From assembly GCA_036562195.1 (NCBI GenBank), contig DATCKT010000300.1, positions 1 to 37,932 on the forward strand: a DNA stretch of 37,932 bases, in the 5' to 3' direction. The notes below the pieces were generated by a model. That model was not told where the DNA came from, searched no databases, and was given only the letters and a program-made list of their open reading frames with translations. A program made the position numbers and the translations under genes. The first letter of the stretch is position 1. Each line of letters starts with the position of its first letter. Below, one piece after another: positions 16,865-25,200 of the stretch. This stretch comes from Limnochordales bacterium. GTDB taxonomy: Bacteria; Bacillota; Limnochordia; Limnochordales; ZCTH02-B6.

Positions 16865-17038
16865 TCAAGCGCCTTCCGTTTTGCCCCGTTCCCGGCCGGC
16901 GTCGTCCACAAAACGACCCAGTTCCTCGCCTTCCTCCGCCAGAAAGGGCTTGCCGCAGTAGGGGCAGTCCCAAACCTGGGTTACGGTCGCCGACGAGTAA
17001 CTGGGCTGTTGGCAATGCGGGCAGATCGTCTTGTGCAC
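16865..17038 (-). CDS. Small zinc-ribbon protein (~57 aa), hypothetical
   Basis: CPHCQQ..(14)..CPYCGKPF, a CxxC-N14-CxxC motif, with an acidic tail. GTG 17038 follows a G-rich SD. The N-terminal 77 codons of the track ORF (to 17269) look non-coding. The start is uncertain. Confidence 0.45.
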   Translation of the reverse strand: MHKTICPHCQQPSYSSATVTQVWDCPYCGKPFLAEEGEELGRFVDDAGRERGKTEGA

Positions 17039-17308
17039 GTCAACGGCCCCCCATCCATCGCGTGTCCAAGCCCGACGTCCAACGGAAGGCGCGGCCCGCT
17101 GGTTCGTTGGTGTGAGCTCCGTGTCGGGTCGTCCTTTTGCCTTTTCCTGGTTCGCCTCCCAGTTCAGAGGCAAACTGTCATGTGTGTTTCGACATCGGGC
17201 GGATCTTTTCCTGTCCGCTTCCTGTCGGCCTTCGCCGGCAGGATTTGAACCGGTGGAGCGCGAAGCCACTCCATGAAAAGCTTACGGGTCCAAGAAAGGG
17301 GGCTCGCC

Positions 17309-18808
17309 ATGCCCGAGGAACGCGGCCAGCTGTGGCACAGGCGCGAACCAGGCGGCACGGGGATTCCCGGCCGGGAGCCCGCCGGAGCGCGCCTGGTCGG
17401 TCGCCCGACGGTACCCGTCCGCGTCTACTTGCGGCGCACGGCCTGGGACACCATCGACGAGTGGGCCAACGCCTTCTCGCCCCCGCGGGAGGTGGGCGGC
17501 CTGCTCCTGGGCCAGGCGCGGCGCAACGCCCGTGAGGCGGTGATCCTCATCGAGGGCGTTCTCCCCGCGCTGCACGCGGTGGCGGGTCAAGGGCCGTTTC
17601 GATTCACCCATGACGATTGGGTCGGTTTCCGGGCAGCCTGGGAGCGCCTAGGAGCCACCCACGCGGTGGTCGGCTGGTTTCATACCCATCCGGGCTCCGG
17701 CACCTCCCCGTCGGGCTACGATCGAATCGTGGCCCAACGGTTTTTCCCCGAATGGTGGCAAGTCACCTACATCATCGATCCCGTCAACCTGCGTCAAGCC
17801 GTCTTCCACTGGCAGGACGGAGAGTTGGCGCCCTTGGCGGGATTTTGGGTGTACGAAAGCGATGAGCCCCCTGTGGTCGATCCCCTGGCACCCTCGGCGG
17901 CCGCCGTGGCCGCGGCGGCTGCCGGCGGGTCCAGGCTTCCAGCAGCGGCCGGAAGGCGCCGGCGTTCCCGGCACGGGGCTTGGATCGCGGCCCTCCTGAT
18001 CCTGGCGGCCCTCGCCTGGGTTCCGGGCCTGCCGGGATCCCTGCCCTGGCTGCGCGCCACCATGCTCCACCAGACCACGGAAGCCGGACGCTTGGCCGCG
18101 GAGTTGAACGCGCTCCAGGACCGCCACGCCCTCCTGCAGCAACTGTTGGCGGAAGCGCAACAGGCCGCGCGCCCGGCCGGAGCCTCCGGACGCGGCACGT
18201 CCCCGAGCCCGGCCCCGGCGGCAACCCCTGGCTCAACAGCCACGACGGCGGTACCGGGGGGCGTTGCGGGCCAGAACCGCCGCGAGGGGACGGCGGGCGT
18301 CGCCGGGCCGACCTCCGCGGAAACGGGAGCAGCAGCCCGCCCACCTGTGCCCGCGGGTGCGAGCCAACCGGGGGCGGGCGGCGCACCCGCGTCCACCGCC
18401 GGTGTGGGGGCGGGTGCGGCGGCTCCGCCGGCTTCCCCGGCCACAGCAGCGCCGGCGACCGGCGCGCCCAGTGCGGCAGCCCCCAGCGCCGCGACAGTGC
18501 CCAGCGCCGTGTGGCCGGCCACCGCGGCTTCCACGTCTGCCCCCGCTCCGGGCCCGCCGGAGGCGCAGCAGCCCGCCGCGCCGTGGGCCTCACCGGCCGA
18601 GGCGGGATTGACCCTGGATTCCGACGTTGTAGAGCCGCGCTACGTGGTGCGGGAAGGCGATACACTGTGGTCGATCAGTGGGCGATTGCTGGGCGATCCG
18701 CGCGCGTACTCCCGCCTGGCGGCGGCCAACCGCATTGCCAATCCGGATCTCATCCTACCGGGTTGGGAGCTCCGCGTACCTAGCAGTGAGGAACCGCAGG
18801 GCGAGTGA
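17309..18808 (+). CDS. JAMM/MPN+ metalloprotease domain - TM helix - coiled coil - Ala/Pro-rich linker - LysM domain protein
   Basis: ATG 17309 follows AAGAAAGGGGG. The complete JAMM motif is present: E73 (PREVGGLLLG) and H-T-H-PGSGTSP-S-GY-D (nt 17681-17722), i.e. HxHx7Sx2D. RRRRSRH precedes the TM helix GAWIAALLILAALAWVPGL (nt ~17975-18028). The C-terminal LysM is YVVREGDTLWSISGRLLGDPRAYSRLAAANRIANPDLILPGWELRVP (nt 18641-18781). Confidence 0.8.
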   Translation: MPEERGQLWHRREPGGTGIPGREPAGARLVGRPTVPVRVYLRRTAWDTIDEWANAFSPPREVGGLLLGQARRNAREAVILIEGVLPALHAVAGQGPFRFTHDDWVGFRAAWERLGATHAVVGWFHTHPGSGTSPSGYDRIVAQRFFPEWWQVTYIIDPVNLRQAVFHWQDGELAPLAGFWVYESDEPPVVDPLAPSAAAVAAAAAGGSRLPAAAGRRRRSRHGAWIAALLILAALAWVPGLPGSLPWLRATMLHQTTEAGRLAAELNALQDRHALLQQLLAEAQQAARPAGASGRGTSPSPAPAATPGSTATTAVPGGVAGQNRREGTAGVAGPTSAETGAAARPPVPAGASQPGAGGAPASTAGVGAGAAAPPASPATAAPATGAPSAAAPSAATVPSAVWPATAASTSAPAPGPPEAQQPAAPWASPAEAGLTLDSDVVEPRYVVREGDTLWSISGRLLGDPRAYSRLAAANRIANPDLILPGWELRVPSSEEPQGE

Positions 18809-18908
18809 AATCCGCTTATGGGCCAGTGCGCGCCGGGACGTAGACAGCCTCTCGGCCCCGGCGCGGACCCGCTCGCCGGGCCGGAGGCGTGTCCTTTGGC
18901 CTTCGCCG

Positions 18909-19487
18909 TCAGGGCGAGGGGTCCGGCACCAGCTGGAAGGTGGCGGGGGTGCGCAGGATGGACATCTCCGTGATGGGCCAGTAACGCCAAATGGCGCGGC
19001 CGATGATGTGGTCGCGGGGCACAAACCCGACCCGCCGGTCCCGGCTGTCCTCGCTGTTGTTGCGGTTGTCGCCCAAAACAAAATAGCTGTCGGGCGGCAC
19101 CACCACCGGCCCAAAGGAACCGAACATGGGACCGGCGATGTAGGGCTCTTCCAAGGCGACACCGTTCACGTACACGGTGCCGCGGGAGATGAGGACTTCA
19201 TCGCCGGGGATGGCGATAATCCTCTTAATGAAGTGCTGTCGCGGGTTCGCGGGATACCGAAAAACGATGACGTCACCCCGCTGCGGGTCTTGAAACCGGT
19301 AGGTCAAGCGGTCCACCAGCAGGCGCTGCCCGTCTTCCAGCGTCGGCCGCATGGAAGGCCCGTCCACCGTGAAGGCCCGGGCGACGAACGTCATGATGAG
19401 CACGGCCAGGATGGCCGCGCCCACAAGGGTTTCCACGTACTCACGCAAGACGGACTTGCGCGGCTGAATCCGGGGTGCAGGCCGCAA
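18909..19487 (-). CDS. lepB: Signal peptidase I
   Basis: TM anchor LVGAAILAVLIMTFV. Catalytic Ser box DGPSMRPTL and Lys box KRIIAIPGD. Also YFVLGDNRNNSEDSR. TTG 19487 follows GGAGGTGG; the track start at 19547 is probably an over-extension. Confidence 0.88.
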   Translation of the reverse strand: MRPAPRIQPRKSVLREYVETLVGAAILAVLIMTFVARAFTVDGPSMRPTLEDGQRLLVDRLTYRFQDPQRGDVIVFRYPANPRQHFIKRIIAIPGDEVLISRGTVYVNGVALEEPYIAGPMFGSFGPVVVPPDSYFVLGDNRNNSEDSRDRRVGFVPRDHIIGRAIWRYWPITEMSILRTPATFQLVPDPSP

Positions 19488-19657
19488 CCCGCTGCCACCT
19501 CCGTCAGGACGCGATGGCGGCCACGCCGCCCAGCGGGTGGCCACCAACCAGTTACAAGTCTACCTCGTTTGACTTCGGGTGGGCAAGGCGAAAATCCTGC
19601 TCAGGCCCGGGGCACAGGCCGCGAGGGTCCGAACGCACGCGCAGGAGGCGCGAAGCG

Positions 19658-20320
19658 TTACAGCTCCCAGAGGCAGCGGTTGACGATCTCTCGGTACAAG
19701 GGCACCCGGGCGTGGAAGGTGTCGCGATCCCGCTGGGCCAGGGCTTGGTCGATCTCGTCCCGCAGCAGGATGGCCAAAAGCGCCAGGTCGATCTGTTCCC
19801 GGACGATCTCGTCCAGCACCTGGTCCAGGCTTTCCTTGGTTTCCGCGTGCAACGGCAGCGCCGGGTTGGGCTCCACCACCGCCTGATACCAGGCAGGAGG
19901 CTCGCCGGCAAAGCAGAAGGTGACGTATAGGCGGCTGTGGAACTGGCTCAACCGCGCCAGGGCCTCCAACGGATCGTGCAGCCTGACGGTGCTCGTCCTA
20001 TGCACTTGCCGCACCAGATGGCCGTTGACGATGGTGACCTCTTCCCGCTGGCAGGCCCCCAGTTCCAGTTCGAATCCGACGCCGTCGCTGCCCACCTCCG
20101 ACACGGTCATGGTGTTGGAGAGGAAGTCGCGGTTGGCAACGAAGGTGATGCGCTCCACGAACTCGGGATTGTCCAGGAGCGCCTGGAGCACCACCTTGCT
20201 CATCGGATCCTTAAGCTGCAGCCGAGCGAAGCGAGCTATGGCCTCCATTTTGGGCGTCACGGCCATCACCCCGGTGAGCGATGGATCCCAACCCGGCAGC
20301 GTGTGGATCGGCATCATCAT
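19658..20320 (-). CDS. UPF0302/YpiB-like protein with a C-terminal IDEAL domain
   Basis: The C-terminus REQIDLALLAILLRDEIDQALAQRDRDTFHARVPLYREI fits the IDEAL-domain pattern (ID.AL...D...F..L). The start is uncertain (ATG triplet at 20320-20312, or ATG 20266/20248). The track start at 20449 would overlap the divergent gene. Confidence 0.45.
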   Translation of the reverse strand: MMMPIHTLPGWDPSLTGVMAVTPKMEAIARFARLQLKDPMSKVVLQALLDNPEFVERITFVANRDFLSNTMTVSEVGSDGVGFELELGACQREEVTIVNGHLVRQVHRTSTVRLHDPLEALARLSQFHSRLYVTFCFAGEPPAWYQAVVEPNPALPLHAETKESLDQVLDEIVREQIDLALLAILLRDEIDQALAQRDRDTFHARVPLYREIVNRCLWEL

Positions 20321-20430
20321 ATGCGGGCCGTTTCGGGCAGCATGAAGGATTGGGCACCCCGGCAAAAGGGTGATGGTATATATTCTGGAAGGCAGGGAGT
20401 TTTCCTGCCACGGATGGACCAGGGAAAAAA

Positions 20431-21222
20431 TTGCCACAAAGGGGCGCATCGCCGGTGGAGCTGTTGTTCTTGGGCACGGGCACGTCGGTGGGGGTACCGG
20501 TCATCGGTTGCGATTGCCCGGTCTGCACGTCCCCCGATCCCCGCAACCAGCGGTTTCGATCCTCCGTGCTGCTGCGGCACCGGGATGTTCATATCCTCAT
20601 CGACACGGCGCCGGAGCTACGGCAGCAGGCCCTCCGGTACGGGCTGCGCCGGGTGGACGCGGTGTTGTTGACCCACAACCACGCCGACCACATTTTCGGC
20701 TTTGACGACCTGCGCCGGTTCAATCATCTCCAGGGCCGGCCCATCCCCGTCTACGGTGCGCCCGACACCTTGGAGAACATCCGCTGCATTTTCTCCTATG
20801 CCTTTCGCCCCGCGCAGCCCGGCGGCTCCAAGCCCGAGGTGGAACTGCATCCCATCGACGGCGTGTTTCAACTGGGAGATCTGACCTTCACTCCGATCCC
20901 GGTCCTGCACGGGCAGATGCCCGTCACCGGCTACCGCGTCGGCGACGTCGCGTACGTGACGGATGTTAGCCATATCCCGCCGGCATCCCTTGAGCTTCTG
21001 CGGGACTTGGACGTGCTCGTCCTGGGGGCGCTGCGGTTTCGTCCCCATCCCACCCACATGTCCATTGCGGAAGCTCTGGAGGTCATCGCCGAGCTCAAGC
21101 CGCGCCGGGCCTTCTTGACGCACCTGTCCCACGACGTGGACTACGAGCTGACCACCCGCAAGCTTCCCCCGCCGGTGCGGCTGGCCTATGATGGTCTGCG
21201 GGTCCAGGCGGGGGATCCTTGA
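20431..21222 (+). CDS. MBL-fold metallo-hydrolase (PhnP-like)
   Basis: LLFLGTGTSVGVPVIGCDCPVCTS (N-terminal Cys cluster), LLTHNHADH (HxHxDH), downstream His/Asp ligands. The start is TTG 20431 or GTG 20455. Confidence 0.8.
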   Translation: MPQRGASPVELLFLGTGTSVGVPVIGCDCPVCTSPDPRNQRFRSSVLLRHRDVHILIDTAPELRQQALRYGLRRVDAVLLTHNHADHIFGFDDLRRFNHLQGRPIPVYGAPDTLENIRCIFSYAFRPAQPGGSKPEVELHPIDGVFQLGDLTFTPIPVLHGQMPVTGYRVGDVAYVTDVSHIPPASLELLRDLDVLVLGALRFRPHPTHMSIAEALEVIAELKPRRAFLTHLSHDVDYELTTRKLPPPVRLAYDGLRVQAGDP

Positions 21223-21410
21223 GGGAAACCGGTCCAGCGGCGCCCAGTCCCAGAGAATCCCACAACCTCCGAAAATATGCCCCGTGAGCCAAAGCCCCAT
21301 CAGCTGCCGGGGAGGAAACGTCTTTCCTGGCACGAACTGCTAACGACATGTGGCGTGTGTTTGCCGGCGCGTGGGACGCGCCGGTGCGCTGAGGAGGCAC
21401 CCGACTGCGA

Positions 21411-22187
21411 ATGCATGCGTCGCCCTCGTGGATGAGCTCAATCCTTCGTTTGTTGGCGGTAGCGGCTTTGTGCGCGGGCCTCTGGGCGACCGGCCCGACC
21501 GCCTGGGCGCAGGCGCCTGACGACGCTTTTGCGGAAAACGTTTCTCCCGACGCACCTGCGGCAGGCACCGATCCGGTCCTGCCGCCGGTTTCCGTGGAGG
21601 AGCTGTGGGCCCAGGTAGAAGCGGTCTTGCGCACCATCAGGGACATCGAGCTCGTCGTGGAAGTGGAGCAGTACAACGCCACCGACGGCAGCGTCACGCC
21701 CGGTCGGGGGAGGCTGCTCGCGCTGCTGCCCGACCTGTTCCGTTTCGAGTGGCTGGAACCCGACATGCTGGCGGGCTCCATTTTATTGGTGGATCGGGCC
21801 CAAAACGAGGCCCGCCAGTACAACCCCATCCGGGAGGAAATCATCGTCCAGCAGTGGGACCGGCTGGCCGCCCAGCAGAACCTGGGGGAAAATCTGGACC
21901 GCTGGCTCTCGCTGCCGGACCCCAGCGCCTACGAGCTCGCCATGGGCGACGCCACCTACAACGACCGGCAGCCTTACTACGTCGTCCTGGCGCGCCCCCG
22001 CTCCGACCCCCGCCAGCTGTACGAGTTCCTGGTCCACCCAGAAACCTGGATGGTCAGCCAATTCCGGTACTTTGACGCGGACGGCCGGCTGGCGCTGCAT
22101 GCGTTTCTGCGCGACGTCCGGATCAACGGCGGCCTCGACGAGGCTCGCCTGCGCGCCATGCCCGCGGCCATCGTCCGGCACCGTTAA
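21411..22187 (+). CDS. Secreted LolA-like (outer-membrane lipoprotein-sorting/carrier fold) protein
   Basis: Signal peptide ILRLLAVAALCAGLWATGPTAWA/QAP. The body pattern GRGRLLALLPDLFRFEWLEPDMLAGSILLVDRAQNEARQYNPIREEIIV resembles LolA/YdcC-type proteins. This is a family call from pattern memory only. Confidence 0.5.
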   Translation: MHASPSWMSSILRLLAVAALCAGLWATGPTAWAQAPDDAFAENVSPDAPAAGTDPVLPPVSVEELWAQVEAVLRTIRDIELVVEVEQYNATDGSVTPGRGRLLALLPDLFRFEWLEPDMLAGSILLVDRAQNEARQYNPIREEIIVQQWDRLAAQQNLGENLDRWLSLPDPSAYELAMGDATYNDRQPYYVVLARPRSDPRQLYEFLVHPETWMVSQFRYFDADGRLALHAFLRDVRINGGLDEARLRAMPAAIVRHR

Positions 22188-22226
22188 GCCCACCGGCTGT
22201 CCCAGCGCCTGCAAGGAGCGACCTGT

Positions 22227-25200
22227 GTGAGGCTGTCAGAGCTGTTTGTCCGGCGTCCGGTCACGACCGGCATGTTCATCGTGGCCATTTTGCTCTTTGG
22301 CGGCTTGTCCTGGAGCGGCCTCGGGCTTGAGCTGTACCCCGACATGCAACTCCCCTACATCACCGTCGCAACCCTCTATCCCAACGCCGACCCCCAAACC
22401 GTGGAAACCGAAGTGACCCACCAGGTGGAAGGCGTCTTGTCCACCGCGGCCGGCCTGACCCGGCTTGAGTCCATCAGCATGGAGAACATTTCCCTGGTGT
22501 TCGCCGAGTTCGGCTGGGGGACGGCCCTGGACGAAACCATCGCCGAGCTGCGGGCTCGCCTGGCCGCCCTGACCCTCACCCTGCCCGCCGACGCGCAGGC
22601 GCCCGTGGTCATGCGCCTGGATCCCACCGAGTTTCCCTCGCTGCTCATTGGCGTGTCGGGCCGCGGCGAAATGATGGAAGTCACCGACGCGGCGTTGCAG
22701 GTGATCCGGCCGCGTCTAGAACGGGTACCCGGGGTCGCGCAGGTGGCGGTCCTGGGCGGCGTGGAGCGGGAGATCCAGGTGCTCTACGACAGCGCCAAGC
22801 TGCGGGAGCACGATCTCACGCCCGCCCACCTGCAGCAGCTGTTGTCCCTGCAAAACGCCACCGTGCCCGCCGGGGTGCTGGAGCACGACGGGCGGCGCTG
22901 GCAGGCCCGGGTGGGCAACCATTTCACCAGCGTACAGGAGATCCGGGATTTGGTCATCGGCGAGAGCCGGCTGCCCGTGGAAGGCCTGGCGGCCCTGTGG
23001 CCACCCCTGCTCCGCGTGAAGGACGTGGCCCAGGTGGTGGACGGCGTGCGGGAACCTACCGGCTACGCCCGCATCGATGGCCGGCCGACGGTGCTGCTGC
23101 AAGTGTTTAAGCAGTCCGGCGCGAACACCGTGGCGGTGGCCGACGGCGTGCTGGCCGCCCTGGCGGAACTGGAACGGGAACTGCCCGACCTCAGCCTAAC
23201 CGTGATCGTCGACCAGTCCGCCCCCATCCGGCGGTCGCTGGAGAGCCTCATCGTGTACGGGCTTATCGGCGCGGGTATCGTGGTGGCGGTGCTGTTCCTC
23301 TTCCTGCGGCACTGGCGCAGCCTCCTGGTGGTGGCCTTGTCCATTCCGCTCTCCATCCTGCTGACCTTGATGGCCTTGTACGCGTGCCGGTTCGACTTAA
23401 ACTTGATGACCCTGGGGGGCCTGGCGCTGGCCACCGGCATGGTGGTGGACAACGCGATCATCGTGCTGGAAAACATCTTCCGGCGCCGCAGCGAGGGAGA
23501 AGACGCCATCCGGGCCAGCATCGAGGGCAGCCGGGAGATGACGGCGGCCATCATCGGCGCGACCTTGACCACCGTGGCCGTCTTCCTTCCCGCCGCGTTC
23601 ATGGACACCTTCGTCGGCCAGCTGTTCAAAGAGCTGGGCATCACGGTGTCCTTGGCCCTCGGGGCGTCGCTGCTCATCGCCCTCACCGTCGTGCCGAGCC
23701 TGGGGGCGGGCCTGCTTGGGGGCGATGCGCCGCTGCCCCACGTGACCTGGGAACAAGGCCGCATCGTGCGGGCATACGTGCCGCTGCTAGAGCGGGCGCT
23801 GGACCGGCGCGGGTGGCTTCTGGCCCTGGTCGCGGCGCTGGGCGTCGCCAGCCTCGCCATCGTGCCGCGCCTTGGCACGGAGTTCTTGCCCCCCGGCCAC
23901 GCGCGGGCGCTCTATGTGACCATGGAAACCGCGCCGGGAACGCCGCTGGCCGAAACGGACGCCGTGGCCCGGGCGGCGGAGGAGCGCCTGCGGGCCCTGC
24001 CCGCGGTGGAGCGGGTCGCGGCGCAAGTAGGCGAGCAGCGGCAAGAGGACATCATCACCCTCCTGGGCGACTACGGCGCCAACACCATCCAACTCATCGC
24101 GTTCCTGCGTTCGCCCGCGAGCCCGGAGCAGGTGCCGGCCGTCGCGGCCGAGATCCGCCAAGCCCTGTCGGACCTCCCCGTCGCCCGCCTGGCCGTGAGC
24201 AAGCAATGGAGCTCCAGCAACAACCTGCTCTCCAACGACGTCGTGCTGCAACTGAGCGGCCCGGACCTGGAAACCCTGCAGGATCTGGCGTTCCGGCTGC
24301 GGGACCGGTTGGCGCAAAACCCCGCCGTAGCCGATGTCCACGTTCCGCTCGCAACGCCCCAGCCCGAGCTGTTTTTGGCCGTCAACCAGTCCCGCGCCCT
24401 CATCGGCGGCCTGACCACGGCCCAGGTCAGCCTGGCGGTGCGCTACGCCCTGTCGGGGATCCAGGTGACGCAAGTGCGGGAGAATGGCCGGACGATTCCG
24501 GTGGTATTGCGCCCGCAGCCCAGCGAAACCGCGGACCTCGATCAGCTGCTCAACCATCCCATCAGCTCGCCGGTGCTCTTGGGCGGCGACGCGGCCCGCG
24601 TGCGCTTGGGCAACGTGGTGGAGGTGGTCGAGGGGACCGCGCCCCAGGCCATCCGGCGCATCGACGGCATGCGGGCCCTGGAAGTGCGCGTGCGGCCCAG
24701 CGGCCAAGACTTGACGGCCACCTTGGCCGCCGTCCAAGACGCCGTGGCGGCGGTGGACCTGCCCCCCGGCTACCAGATCCAAACCACGGGCATCCGCCAG
24801 CTCATCGACGAATCCCTGGACGACCTGGGCGGAGTGCTTCTGTGGTCGTTGGTGCTGGTGTACGCGGTCATGGCGGCCCAATTTGAGTCGTGGCGCCATC
24901 CCCTCATCATCATGGTCACCGCGCCCCTGGCGGCCCTGGGCTCCGTGTGGGCCATGTGGCTGGCCGGCCAAAAGCTGGGTGTCGCCTCTATGATTGGGCT
25001 CATCATGCTGGGCGGGATTGCGGTCAACAACGGCATCGTTCTGGTGGATCGGGTGCTGCAGCTGCGCGCCCAGGGCGTCGCCAACCGGACGGCCGTGGTG
25101 GAGGCGGCCCGCTCCCGGCTGCGGCCGGTGCTCATGACGGCCATCACCACCATTGCGGGCATGCTTCCGATGGCGGTGAGCCGCGGCGAGGGCACCGAGT

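Noticed and set aside
17784-18783. Multiple overlapping ORFs on both strands (e.g. 17784..18665, 17794..18534, 17980..18783)
   Set aside because: They sit in the GC-rich, low-complexity Ala/Pro linker of the JAMM-LysM gene. Only the called frame connects a JAMM motif, a TM helix and a LysM domain.
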